DNA of 63,335 bases, filler included, from Octopus bimaculoides (taxonomy: Eukaryota), in NCBI RefSeq assembly GCF_001194135.2. It is 4 parts of 4 records of this genome, joined end to end, with 100 filler letters (N's around TTAATTAATTAA, not from the genome) between each part and the next. Parts side by side here need not be neighbours in the genome. Positions count along the whole stretch, not along the records: positions 1 to 29,830 come from NC_068996.1; 3 more parts are not named here. One strand, 5' to 3'. The notes beneath the pieces are model-generated. The model did no database searches. It saw nothing but the letters and a program-made list of their open reading frames with translations, and was not told the origin of the DNA. The translations under genes and the position numbers were made by a program. Below, in pieces: positions 11,973 to 24,989 of the stretch (positions are counted from its first letter, which is position 1; every line of letters begins with the position of its first letter).

Positions 11973-14264
11973 GCCTTTGCACAGCTTCTAACGCTGGAGA
12001 TGTACTACAGTGTCAGCTGTTCACAACCAGTGAACTAAGGTAACACCTCTTATTTTTCGAGCACCATCCAGAGTATTCGAGTGGTTCCAAGCAGTGCTGT
12101 TTTCTGCAAGTACTCCACCCTTATTGCATCCCCTATTTTTTCCACATACTTCTCGAGATTTTTGCTCACTGTTCCCAGGGCTCCTACAGTTATTGGTACT
12201 ACTACCACCTTTTTCATTGATCACAACTGCTTAACTTCCCAAGCTAACCTATCATATCTCTCTCAACTTTTCTTTCTTCCTTATCGCATACCTTGTTGTC
12301 AGCTGGACATGCTATATCTATGATCCAGCATCATTTACTTTCTTTCTCAATTAAGACTATGTCTGGTTTCCTATTCTCTATCTCATGGTCACACTGAATC
12401 ATAAAATCCCATAGGTTCTTTGTACTTTTATTTTCGATGATGCCTTCGGGTTTGTTGTCGTACCAGGTTTTTGCTCTGTCAAGTCCATACTTTTTGCAGA
12501 GTGTCCAATGGACAAGCTTGGCAATATTGTCGTGGCGTCTCTTATATTACTTCTGGGCTAGTGGCATACATTGGCTGGCAATATGCCATATGGTTTCACC
12601 GTTGTGTCCACAGATTTTGCACTTATCACTTTCTGCTGTGTTGTCTATTCTGTATTTTATGTAGTTTGTTCTTAGTGCTTCCTCTTGGGCAGCACAGATT
12701 AGAGCCTCCATTTCCGGTTTTAAATCAATTTTAGTCATCCACAGCCATCTTTTTTCTCTGTCTGTCTTATCTTCAACATCCCTATGAAATTGACCATCAT
12801 TCTTTTCTTTACCCACCAATTTTCAGTTTCATTCGTTTTCAATTTCTTGTACAGTGCTTTATCTTTGCAATCTTCCATCTTACACAAGCCTGGCCTTCTT
12901 ACTTCCAATAATAGCAGTTCTGTGGCATTTTTTACATACCATGCTATGTTGTTTTCTTCTGCCCTAATGCTGTGTTCGCATCCAATAAGTTCTCTTCTCC
13001 CTCTTTTTCTTGGTACATACAGTCTGTCTGTGTCACTTTTTGGGTGGAGTGACCCATATCTAGTTAGCAACTTCCTTGTCTTTCTGTCTAGGCTGTTTAG
13101 TTCGTCTATTGTCCATGCGATTACCCCTGCTCCATATCTCCATTTATTTCTTTATAGAATTTCTTCTATTCTACTCTGAATAACCTATTCTTTGGTCATA
13201 TCTTACCATCTTTGCTTTCTTTGAAACAAGGCACTGTTTCAATTCCTCCACTACTACTTTCAGGCCCTTTCTTTCAATACTATACTTCCTTTTCAGCACC
13301 CTGTATTTTTGTTTGCTTTAAAGCTCTCCTTTCTCTTTTCGGTCTAACACAGAGATTTCCTTCGAGAGCATGTCTAACCCTGTCTGGATTCTTCTTTTCC
13401 ACCATGGATCTTTCCTTTTGTCACTCCCATTATGCTTCTTTTTCTTGACATCAATACCCACATTTTCTGCTACAACAATGCTTGCTGCCTTGATCAAATT
13501 ATTTGTTTGTGTGATGTTCTTTGTTCTGATGTATTTCAGAATTTCATTGACATTTTTCGCTTCTTGGTTCAATTTCCATCGATCAACCTTTTTAAGGCTG
13601 CAAACAATGCCGCTGCTGTTCTCCTGTAGTCTTGCCTTTATTCTGTCTTAGATTGCCTTTTGTTCATCTGTCATGTCACCATTAGTTTTATTGTCTTCTT
13701 TTAGATCATCTATATGTCTCTCGTCAAGTAAACTACCACTGTTCCTTTCCTGTGCTGTCGGACTACTCTAATTAGTAAGAACTATATTTTCATTGTTTCC
13801 TCTGCTGCTATTTTCAAAGACCCATCTTTTGATTGCTTCGACCTCTACTTCTGTGAACCAATAGTTTTTTTCTTATTGCTCTAGCTTGATCGCATAGTCT
13901 TTGTTCCATGAGTTGAAACAATCCCTTTTCTCTCCAGTGATCATACACACGTTATCGGTAACCCCTAATTTGAGCACCATTTTCATCTGCCGGGTTTCTC
14001 AGGTAGTAACACTCCATGACCACAGCATTAATTTGCTTTCTCCATCTATGCCATGTGTGGTGGTCTCTTTTTGGATATCGACAGGCTGGAGCCGGACCAG
14101 TATCTCTGAGCCTGCCGGGTGTATCACTGTCACCATTAAGGGCTTCAGTTTCATTACCACCGTTATTCACAATATTTTGTTTTTTCATTTTCACTCATAC
14201 GAGGTAGCGATTATCAAGTTGCGCAATTACCAGTGTTTTTATTGTGACACCATCACTAGATACA

Positions 14265-14270
<6 letters not shown>
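11973..14270 (-). mobile_element. R4/Dong-clade LINE, both termini retained, RT core deleted
   Basis: N-terminal RWRKQINAVVMECYY and KDPWWKRRIQ; LHPKSDTDRLYVPRK; CCHC-like CKICGHNGETIWHIASQC; RKPDIV endonuclease region; (ATT)n on both sides. Confidence 0.9.
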
Positions 14271-14304
<34 letters not shown>

Positions 14305-14319
14305 TATTATTATTGAGTG

Positions 14320-14548
14320 AGAGAGCAGTGCATGCCATCAAAGTGACACTGGGGTATAAATATACAAATCAAAATATACCCATCATGACTACCCATCTGA
14401 TAAGGGTACACTAGGCACATGCATCACAACCATATGTGCGCAACATGGTGATCTCATATCAAAATAAACAGTGCATGACCTCGCAGGTGGGGCCCAGTTA
14501 GAATTTTCTTCAGGTTGAGTAGCCCATCATGCTCAAAAGGTCCCCGAA

Positions 14549-14550
<2 letters not shown>
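14320..14550 (-). mobile_element. Dispersed non-coding repeat in (TAA)n; longer copy at 57030-57505
   Basis: GAGT(G/C)AGAGAG..GGGGTATAAATATACAAA..ACATGGTGATCTCATATCAA is shared by both loci; probably a LINE 3' UTR or SINE. Confidence 0.65.
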
Positions 14551-14602
<52 letters not shown>

Positions 14603-14609
14603 GATTATT

Positions 14610-14674
<65 letters not shown>

Positions 14675-15075
14675 CATTATCATTACCATTATTAATATCA
14701 TTACTATTATTATTATTCCACCTTTGTTCGGCATTCTATTCTTCCACATTCTTCCACCTTCTGCTTGAAGAAACTCATTCATCATAATCAATCAATACTC
14801 ATCAGTCAGATCTTTTATTCATTTATTCGTTTATTTCATAATTTAAGTTGAAAAATATATAAAAAAAAGAAAAATCGCAAAATAATTTGATGAAGAAACC
14901 AAAACATAAATGAACAAAAATGAATGAAGAATAACAAAAACATAAAGACTAAAAGAGAAAGCAAATAAACGAATATTCCAAGGAAGTTGTCCTACTTTTG
15001 TATATTCGCAAACCGAGATGTGCAAATCCCTTAAGTTATCCTCTATCTCTTTATCTCTCTCCTTACTTCTCTGTC

Positions 15076-15107
<32 letters not shown>

Positions 15108-15370
15108 CAACAACAACAACCTCTAAGTTATTTCTATGTCATCATCTCTAAATGTTATTGTTTATTTGGGGATGGGGGGAGGGGATAATTTGTTTGTGTT
15201 TGTTTATCATATCAAGTTTTTTTTTTTCATTATTTTCAGATTTCACAATTCTAACTTTACAATAATTTTTCCTATCTTTCTTTTTATTGTCTTTCATTTT
15301 GTCTTTTTCTTTTTTCTATTGTTTGTTGTTGCTGTTGTAGTTGTTGTTGTTATTATTGTTATTATTATTA

Positions 15371-15416
<46 letters not shown>

Positions 15417-15421
15417 CATCA

Positions 15422-15465
<44 letters not shown>

Positions 15466-15500
15466 TAGAATATAATTGGAACTATTATGACTGTTGTTGT

Positions 15501-15541
<41 letters not shown>

Positions 15542-15847
15542 TTGTTGTTGTTGTTGTTGTTATTGTTGTTGCTGTTGTTGTTGTTGTTGTTGTTGTTTGA
15601 CAGAATCATTAGAGCACTGAAATAAATGCCCCCAAGTATTTGCCTGGTATTTTATGCCCTAACTTTAAATTCTGCCGAGGTCAACTTTGCCTTTCACCCT
15701 TCCAAGGTCAATAGAATAAATTACCAGTCATATACCAGGGTTTATGGCATCACCAAAATTGCTGGTCTTGTGTTAAATTACAAATAGTTATTACAAAGAT
15801 GCCAGGCTGAGACTAACTTTGCTTTTCATTTTTTTGAGATTGATAAA

Positions 15848-15910
15848 TTAACCCTTTAACATTCAGATTTCCCTGTCACATATAATGCTTATTCATCCAC
15901 ATTTATAGAA
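15848..15910 (+). mobile_element. piggyBac-like MITE terminus
   Basis: TTAA followed by CCCTTTAACATTCAGA; another TTAA-ended terminus near 31195-31269. Confidence 0.5.
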
Positions 15911-16020
15911 CACATAAAAAAAAAGAAAAACTCCCTCTTTCTCTCTGTGACAGCTTGTTCCAATTTCAGAGGCTGGGATGGTGTCTACCTCAAGGTTGTT
16001 TCTTCTTCTTCTTCTTCTTA

Positions 16021-16073
<53 letters not shown>

Positions 16074-16403
16074 GTTCAGTAGTTTTATTTTTATAACGTG
16101 CTTTCACTTCACTACCAAGCGCAGCTCTGTGCGCCTTGGGTATGTGCTGTGGTTTGCTGTGGTGCTCTTATGTTTACTGTATTGAAAGTGTTTTGCGTAG
16201 GATGTGTGCAGTACCCAGTAGTGCAATTTTCTGTATGTTATATATATTTGTAAGTCCTGGTGTTTTTGTTATGTATTTGTCTGAATATTTTTTTATTATA
16301 CCTAAGGCACCTACTATGATAGGAATTGTTTCTGTTTTTAGATTCCACATTCGAGTTATCTCTATTTCCAGGTCTTTGTATTTTGAAAGTTTTTCCATTT
16401 CTT
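16074..16403 (-). mobile_element. R4/Dong-clade LINE 3' end
   Basis: KEMEKLSKYKDLEIEITRMWNLKTETIPIIVGALGII..QKIALLGTAHILRKTL; (ATT)n at both junctions. Confidence 0.9.
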
Positions 16404-16552
16404 TTATTATTATTATTATTATTATTATTAGGTACACACAGGGTGATGAAACCATTCTACACGCTCAATGTCTTGGCATTGCTGACCTGTGGAGTTATGT
16501 TGAACAGCTGCTGTCAAGTGTGAGATGGATTCATCTATCAGCCTAGTCTGTA

Positions 16553-16667
16553 GTGATGGGTACCTCACTGCCCTCCTTCAATCGGGCAGGCAAAGGAAAA
16601 CTGCTTTGCCTGCCCGATTGAAGGAGGGCAGTGAGGTACCCATCACAAAGCAGTTTTCCTTTGCCTG
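16553..16667. repeat. Perfect 43-bp hairpin with 8-nt loop plus a third inverted segment
   Basis: 16553-16595 is the reverse complement of 16604-16646; 16647-16667 is the reverse complement of 16587-16607. Confidence 0.95.
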
Positions 16668-17132
16668 GTGGCTGTGGCAAAAGAAGTTGTTTGGTGGACA
16701 AGGCTGAAAGGCATGAGGACAGATACATTCCTCTTTGGTAGAGCTCTCACTGAATTCTTCAAGTTTCACTTGAAAAGGAAAATGAGAGTGGAGAGGGAAG
16801 TGCTGTCCTTGAGTAAGGTTATTGAAAGCTGGGTGAAAGTTGCGAAAATGGCAAAAGTGGATGGTACCTCTCTAAGTGTTGACCTGTGAGTCTGAGAGAA
16901 GAAATTGGAGAGGGCACTTGTTCTTGGGGTTTCAGAGGAATCTTGGACAGTGGGGTTCCTCGATTATCACAAAAGGCCTTCCTGCATGAGGAGGGCCACA
17001 TCTCTGTCATCCTCCCTGCCACTTTTTTCTTTTTTTTTATCATTTCATTATATGTAAACCCCCACATCTTGTGTCTGTCTTTGTATCATCCCCCTCATCC
17101 TTCACCCTTGTGGCAAATAAATGAAATCATCA

Positions 17133-17163
<31 letters not shown>

Positions 17164-17195
17164 GATTATTATAATTATTATTATTATTATTATTT

Positions 17196-17582
17196 GATAA
17201 AAACTCACAGCTTATTTTGCTGGGTATGATGAAATGTGTCATCTGTCCATAGTCAGCAGACTAAGGTGACACTTGTTTCACTGGTTATGCTTCAAGGACC
17301 CAGCAAAGAATTCTTGCAGTTCCAAGCAATGCTGATTTTTGTAGGTGTTCTACCTTCACACTTGCACCCATCTTTATCAGCCATGTTAGTAGTTGAGTGC
17401 TGATACTTCCAAGTGCACCAATTACTATTGGTATCATATCTACTCTCCTCATTGACCACAACCTTCGTATTTCCCACTTCAAATCATCACAGTTGTTTAT
17501 TTGTTTTTTTTTTTCTTCTTCTTCTTCTTCTTCTTTCAAATTGATCCTGTTGTCCCTGGGGCATGTTATGTTGATTATCATA
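17196..17582 (-). mobile_element. R4/Dong-clade LINE 3' end
   Basis: IINITCPRDNRI..DDLKWEIRRLW..IPIVIGALG..LQKSALLGTARIL; 3' end abuts (TAA)n. Confidence 0.9.
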
Positions 17583-17621
17583 CATATTTCTTTTTTACTC
17601 TCATTCTTCTTCTTCTTCTTC

Positions 17622-17663
<42 letters not shown>

Positions 17664-18587
17664 TAACGATTATATTATATAATCGTTAGCATGCCAGGCA
17701 AAATGCATAGCTGTATTTCACTCATCGTTATGTTCTGAGTTCAAATCTCACTGAGGTCAACTTTGCCTTTTATCCTTTCTGGGTCAATAAATTAGGTACC
17801 ATTTGAGTACTGGGGTTGATGTAATCGACTATCTCCCTCCTCCCCCACAATCTTTAGGCTTTGTGCCTATAGTAGAAAGGATTATTATTATTATTAATAA
17901 TATTACCGTTATTTTTAAAAAATTTTAATTTTAAATTCTTTTTTTAATTAAAAAAGCAACTTATTTTATTGACCCTAAAGAGATGAAAGGCAAAGTCCAC
18001 CTCAGCAGATGGATGAAATGCTGTTAAGCATTTTGCCCAATATCATAGCAATTCTGTCAGCTTGCCACCCTTAATAAAGACAATGATGATGATGATGATG
18101 ATAACAACAACAATAACAATAAACACAACAACAACAACTGCTGTAACAATAACAGCATCAACTTCGACAGCAACAAGAACAACAGAATATTCTCTTCGTT
18201 GTCTGCTCTACAAAGTCTATTGTGAGTCCAAAGTGAGTCAGGTTATGGAACAAATGGTAAGGTAACATGGAGAGGAAAACTCAGAGACAACATGAGGTGG
18301 GGTGGGGGCAGGGAAAGGGGTTAAGGCGCAAGAAGAAGAAAAAAGCAAAACAAAAACAAAGACAAATTGAATTTGTATTCCATTTCTACTGATTTATTTG
18401 TTGGTTTATTCTTGTCAGTTTTTTATAGCTGGCACTGTTGTTGTTGTTGTTGTTGTTGTTGTCGTCGATCTTGAGTTTGTGGAAACTTTTCTTTATTTCT
18501 GACTTCTGTCACCTATTACATATCTTTTTTTCTTTCTTGATTATGTTTGTACTTACTTTCTTGCTGCTGCTGTCACTACTACTACTA

Positions 18588-18658
<71 letters not shown>

Positions 18659-19151
18659 ACGCTACTACTACCATCACCATCACTACAAACACCACCACCT
18701 GTGCCACCATCACCACCACTACTACTACTGCTGCTACTACTACTACTATTACTACTACTACTACCACCACCACTGCCACGACCACCGCTGCCACGACCAC
18801 CACCACCGCTGCTGCTGTTGTTATTAAAACTCAGTCTTTTGATTTGCTTTGAAATTTTCATTTAAAATTCCTGGTGGTTCATGACTGTTATCAATCGTAG
18901 AGTGAATCAAAGAGGTTCAGGTGGCAAAAGTACCATTGATTTATACCTCTGATGCAAATATGACCATTTCTTCTTTCAAGAAATAACAATGGCTGCGTGG
19001 TAAGAAGTTTGATTCCTAGTCACATGGTTCCAGATTCAATCCCACTGTATGACATCTTGGCCAAGTGTCTTCTACTATAGCCCTGGAGCAACCAAAGCGT
19101 TTTAAGTGAATTTGGTAGATATAAGCTGAAAGAAGCCCATGTATATATATG

Positions 19152-19201
<50 letters not shown>

Positions 19202-19964
19202 AAATGGGACAAGAACGCAAAACATCCAGACAGGTGATACAAAAAAGGGACAACAAAACATCCAGACAGACGATGCAAAGAAAACAAGGATGGATCATTC
19301 AGAGTCTTCTTTCCTCAGTCGAGTTCCAGATTATCTTCGCAATTTCGGCTGGTTATACTCAAGATTGCTCCAATCTGGCCAGCCCCAAGGAAAAACTAAG
19401 CTAAGAGCATTAGATTCCTTGGAAGAAAGCAGTGAATGTATACGAAAACAAGGGCGGAAAAAATGGAGAAAGTTACACAAATACAAATGACAGGACATAG
19501 ACATAACAACAGGTGTCTTTCGACTAAGGATGAATTAAATTAACCTGGCATGTGTGGATGTAAAGTCTTACAGCAGGGATATAAGATTTCACAGGCAGAG
19601 GGAAGAATATGGATGTTGCATGGACAATGGCTGAACCAAGAAAGGAAGGTCAGGCTTGGCCGAACACCATTCACGTGGGGAGAGAAAAGAGAGAGCAGCA
19701 GCAGCAATAGCAGCAGCAGCAGCAGCGGCAGCAGCAGTAGTAGTAGTAGTAGTAGTAGTGACAGCAGCTGCAAGAAAGTAAAAACTTAATCAAAAGAGAA
19801 AAAAAGACTGTTTCGAATTTGTGTGAATGTGTATAGAATAATATATCAGTTGAATAAAGTTACAACATGGTCTGGTTTTCATGTTTTTTTTATTATCATA
19901 AGTATATTATTATATTCTGTAACAGGTTTGAACATTTTAATAAACTGTTCTTCTTGTGAAAAAT

Positions 19965-20280
19965 GGACAGATTTTTGCAAATGCAGATATGAACTGCAAA
20001 AGCAGAAATTTGATCTACTGCATTAAATGCCCAAATTGTAAAGCATTATATATAGGTGAGACAGGGAATGCATTATTGGAACACTCATGAGTCCACAAAC
20101 AACAAATTCGGAACACCAATGTTCGCCAAATTCCATTGAATGAACATATAGAGACATGTAGTCAGAAAATGTTTCTAATTTTTTCTTTCCACAAACTACC
20201 TGACACAAGTGAGGTTGGAAGAAAGATAAAAGAAAAACAGTTTATTAAAATGTTCAAACCTGTTGTGAATGGAAATAACA
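19965..20280 (+). mobile_element. Penelope-like GIY-YIG endonuclease fragment
   Basis: Translation from 19986: DMNCKSRNLIYCIKCPNCKALYIGETG..; ends RKIKEKQFIKMFKPVVN; one stop and a frameshift. Confidence 0.85.
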
Positions 20281-20789
20281 GCAATAATATAACAATCAGT
20301 TAATGATGTGGATTAATAATAAACAAGTTACAGAATATCAGTACACCTGGCAAACCATGGCATTTAAGCTGCATGTGGATTGGTTAAAACCATATTCTAA
20401 AAATTCAGCTTGTTGGAGCATTCTAAGAGGTGCTAAAGTTGTCAAGAACTCAACTGTCAGTTAAACACATTTGAAATCTCATGTTTACTCTATGTAAGAA
20501 AACGTTAATTTAATTTTAGGAGCATTACAAAATATATTTTTATTGTGTTAAGATATTATAATAAAAAACGTGTGTGTGTGTTTGTATGTCATTATTCAAC
20601 AGGGTATTTTGGTTTGTATGTATGTATGTATATATGTAGGTATGTGTGTGTGTATATATGTATGTATGTTTGCATGTATGTATGTATGTATGTTTGTATG
20701 TTTGTATGTATGTATATGTGCAGATTTGTATGTTTTGCTTTATGTATGTATTCTCATGCATATATTTGCATATCTAGACATGCTCATAT

Positions 20790-23700
20790 ATATTAAAATG
20801 ATAAACTTCTGGACAGTTTTACAGATTTTTACAGTTCTAGTGATGGACTGGATCTGTAGTCTTCCAATTAGCTTTCTCCTTTCTGGTTTTGAGAAGCCTA
20901 ATTTCTCAAGATTGGTACTTGGGAAGTGTGTTACATATCCCAGGGCCTCAATAATTACAGGTATAAACCTGAACTTGTAATCTGGATAGAGTAACTGCAT
21001 ATTTCACAATAGTTCAGCATAGGTATTCTCTTTTTCAGCTTTATGTTAACATCTGCTGAACAGCTAATTTCCACAACTGTGCACAGTTTCTCTTCTCTAT
21101 CCCAAATCATTATATCAGGTTTGTTGTGCTTACATTTTATTGAAGTCTTCACTGGGACATTTATTATGAGTGGCTATGGCTTCTACCATATTGTGGGTTC
21201 TTATTTCTTTGTCCTTGGGATTATCCTTCCGACAGATTTCATTATAGAGTGTTCAAGCTTCAACATCATGTCTCATCGGTAGATAATACCATGATGACAT
21301 TTTTGGACAACTGCTTATGATGTGGAGGATATCTTCAGTTAGAACTCCACAAAGTCTGCATCAGTTGTCACATTTTACAGCTTTTTCTGCATCTCTATCC
21401 CTTTTGTGTGTCAGGTACTTTGTTGATATTCCTGTCAGGTACTTCATTGATATCCCCTGTTCAAAGTGGGAGGTAGTAATCCGGCTATTGGTCCACGATA
21501 AACTGCTTTGATGATCGATGTCACTATCATCCTGAAACTTTCTACTAACATATACATGCATAGTCTTCTGCTCATACAGGCTCATCCTTTCATCTGATGA
21601 TACATTGCGGTAAGGTCATGCGACCTCTTTGAGTTTCATACAAAGAGTGTTGCTCAAGGAGCTGCCTTCCAAGTCTTATGATGTTATAAGCCTCATGTAT
21701 GCAAACTTGGTCAAGGGATAAACTTTGACACTTGGTGGTTAAAAGATGTTGCCGAAGGGATATGATGCGACATTCAAAGGCATTTTGGAATGATGTTAAG
21801 CCTCTGCCACCTTGTTTTCATTTAAGGTAGAGGCGGTCTACATCACTGTTTATGAGGAAATTATGTATGCTCGTTAGTATTTTTCCAGTTTTCACATCAA
21901 TGGCTTGGATCTCATCAAGTGTCCAATCAAGCAGCCCAAATGTTGGTATGAGTGCTGGCACTGCAAACACATTCTGCAAACACACTGTTTTATTGGATGC
22001 AGAGAGTTCTAAGGTCCAAATTTTCTTTATTTGGCTGTAATATTCTTTAGTGACACATGTTTTGTTACAGGTGGCATTGTAAGATATGTTTTCATCCACT
22101 CTTAGATACCTGTAACATTCCTCATCAGATATAGGGGAAACAGTCAAATCATTGACAGAGATGTTACTATTCTAGTTTATAGTTTTCCATCTTTTCACAA
22201 CCATATAACATTTATCCTGACCAAACTTCAATCCTACATCCTTTGAGAATGTTGCAACTAGGTCAAGGCTCTTTTTCATCTCATGCATATTCTTTGCATA
22301 AAGCTTTAAGAAACAGTGTGTAATTTTGGTATTTCTATTTCCTTGTGAACCAGTGAAATATCCTTCAGACTTCCTTAACATGAATGACAAGGGGTTTCTA
22401 GAAAATATAAACAATATCACAGAGAAGCTGTCCCCTTGGAATATGCCTTTGCGATACTGTATTCTGTCGGTGATAATAAGTCACTCTTTGTGTTTAATTT
22501 CAAGATGGTGGCCCACAATGAAGTAAGGTCAGCTATGGCTTTGACTATTCTCACTGGAACTTTAGCAAGCTGAAGGGCTTCTGGCATCCATGAGTGGAGA
22601 ACAGAGTCAAATGCTTTCTTGTAGTCTCGCCACATTGAAACTAGTTTCCTCCTATGCTCTCGCACCTCTGACATCATAGTTTTGTTGATTAGCAATTGCT
22701 CGGCACATCCCCAGACTCCCTTCTTTCCAGCTGCTTGTTCTTCTGTGATAATGGTATTAGTTTCACAATGGTCCTGGAAGAAGAGGTTTAAACATGCTGT
22801 ATATATCTTATACTTTAAGTTCTGGCATGCTATTGGCCTATAGTTTTTTGTCATGTGGGTGGTTCTGCATTTGGGGGTCAATTTTGTTTCTGCCAGAGCG
22901 AAACAGTTTGGTATGCTACTGTTCCCATTGAGAGCTTGCTGGTACAGATTGATAAGATATGGTCGGTAGAAGGTTAGCTTCTTGAACCAATATCCAACAA
23001 TCAAGTCTCTTCCAGGTGCTTTTCCATCCTGGAGTTTCTGGATCACAGTTGCAAGAGTTTCACCATCAATGTTGTATGTCTTGGATGTAATGCAGGAACA
23101 ATAACTTCTTTGGATTTCTTCCAGCCACAGAGCATCTTGGTTAAATTCCTTTTCTTCACTCCAAATTTTCCTCCAGAAGGAGTCTATGTTTTCTCATGAA
23201 GGACTTTCCGTGATGTTCACTGCTCTTCGTCTCATGTCTCTGTATAATGCTGCCTGGTTGCAGTTAAATTTTTTGTTTATTGTTCTTCTCTCAATTATTC
23301 TCTTCTGATGTCAGAGTTTTTCACTTTCAGCTTTTAGCTCCTGCTTTAAGGTAATCAGTTTGCAAGTGAGTGACCCTTTTTACTGTCTCCAAACATCATT
23401 TCTATCTCCTTCTTTACTTTCTGTTGCTGGGATGTATAGTGATTTGCTTGTTTGCATGCAATAAGCATCATTACATGACTGATGGTCTTCCGTAAACCAG
23501 TTCTCTTTTTTCTGTCCTCAAAACCCATCAGGGTACTTCCTTTGTTTTTTGGTTTTGTTTACTTTTTGAATATCATTCATGTATTGTTTTCCAGTTGTAG
23601 TCAGAGCATACAGACAGGCATTAATCTGCCAGAATGTGGGTTCATCACACTCTTGTAAATACTCATCACCAATTTTGTTAACAGCTTTTAATACCGTTTC

Positions 23701-23822
23701 TGGTGATTTTTTTACTTTGGTACAAAATTCTCTCTCCTCGAGAAAGTCCTTCAAAGTCAAAGTTATTTTTTCTCTGAACATTTCATTAAGGGCACATTTC
23801 ACTGGCATATAATCCTGATGAA
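20790..23822 (-). mobile_element. Near-full-length degenerate R4-clade LINE (RT plus endonuclease)
   Basis: KAPGRDLIVGYW, NYRPIACQN, EQAAGKKG, WRDYKKAFDSV, DVDRLYLK, HNKPDIMIWD..VEISC, FIPVIIEALG; many stops and frameshifts. Confidence 0.92.
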
Positions 23823-23826
23823 CACA

Positions 23827-23879
<53 letters not shown>

Positions 23880-23984
23880 AATAATCGTTGCAGGTTGTGC
23901 CTGCTATTTACCAGAATAGTTGTAGGGGGACATTGGTCAATTACTTGAACCGGTAATGTAGTTTGGCTGGCAGGTACATGTCTG

Positions 23985-24450
23985 TCTGTCTGTATGTATG
24001 TGTGTATGTATTATGTATGTATGTATGTGTGTATGTATGTATGTATGTATGTATGTATGTATGCATGTATGTATGTGTGTATGTATGTGTGTGTATGTAT
24101 GTATGTATGTATGTATTATGTATGTATGTATGTATGTATGTATGTGTGTGTATGTATGTATGTATGTATGTATTATGTATGTATGAATGTATGTATGTAT
24201 TATGTATGTATGTATGTGTGTGTATGTGTGTATGTATGTATTATGTATGTATGTATGTGTATGTATGTATGTATGTATGTATGTGTGTATGTATGTGTGT
24301 ATGTATGTGTGTATGTATGTATGTATGTATGTATTATGTATGTATGTATGTACGTATGTATGTATGTGTGTGTGTATGTATGTATGTGTGTACGTTTGTG
24401 TGTATGTATGTGTGTATGTATGTATGTATGTATATCTGTATATACACACA
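23985..24450. repeat. (TATG)n/(TG)n microsatellite
   Basis: Directly visible. Confidence 0.95.
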
Positions 24451-24539
24451 CATACATAATCAAATGTTTAAAAAATTGCTGTAGATTTTGAGCCACAAAT
24501 CTCAGTAAGTTTTCAAATAATAATTTATTCTTCTCCTTA

Positions 24540-24621
<82 letters not shown>

Positions 24622-24989
24622 ACATCTTAGCATTTTTTTTTACTTCATATTTATATATGTAGATGTTGTCATTGTTGTTGCTGTTGTTGTTGTTAAGATT
24701 TAATGAAGCAAAAACCAGGAAAACAAAAATCTACAGAATGATAAAACAAGAAAATATTTTTCAAGTCTAAAACGTGTTGGAAGTTCAGTTCAAAGAATTG
24801 TTTTGATGTAGAATAATTGGCAGGAAACATTTATAAAACTCTGTCAATGTGATGAAATGTACTTTAGTGAATAAAACCGATTTCTTTGTTAGGAGTTGCT
24901 TTTTATGAAGAATATTCACAAAAACACACACATGCACACACCCCTACATCTTGTAAGTTCTGTTGTAAAACCACAAAGAAATTTGCATC

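Noticed and set aside
18299-18320. G-quadruplex motif GGGG-T-GGGGG-CA-GGG-AAA-GGGG
   Set aside because: Real motif but isolated, with no functional context.
18557-18861. Ser/Gly-rich minus ORF ending at a strong GTAAGT donor
   Set aside because: Almost entirely trinucleotide repeat with no good acceptor.
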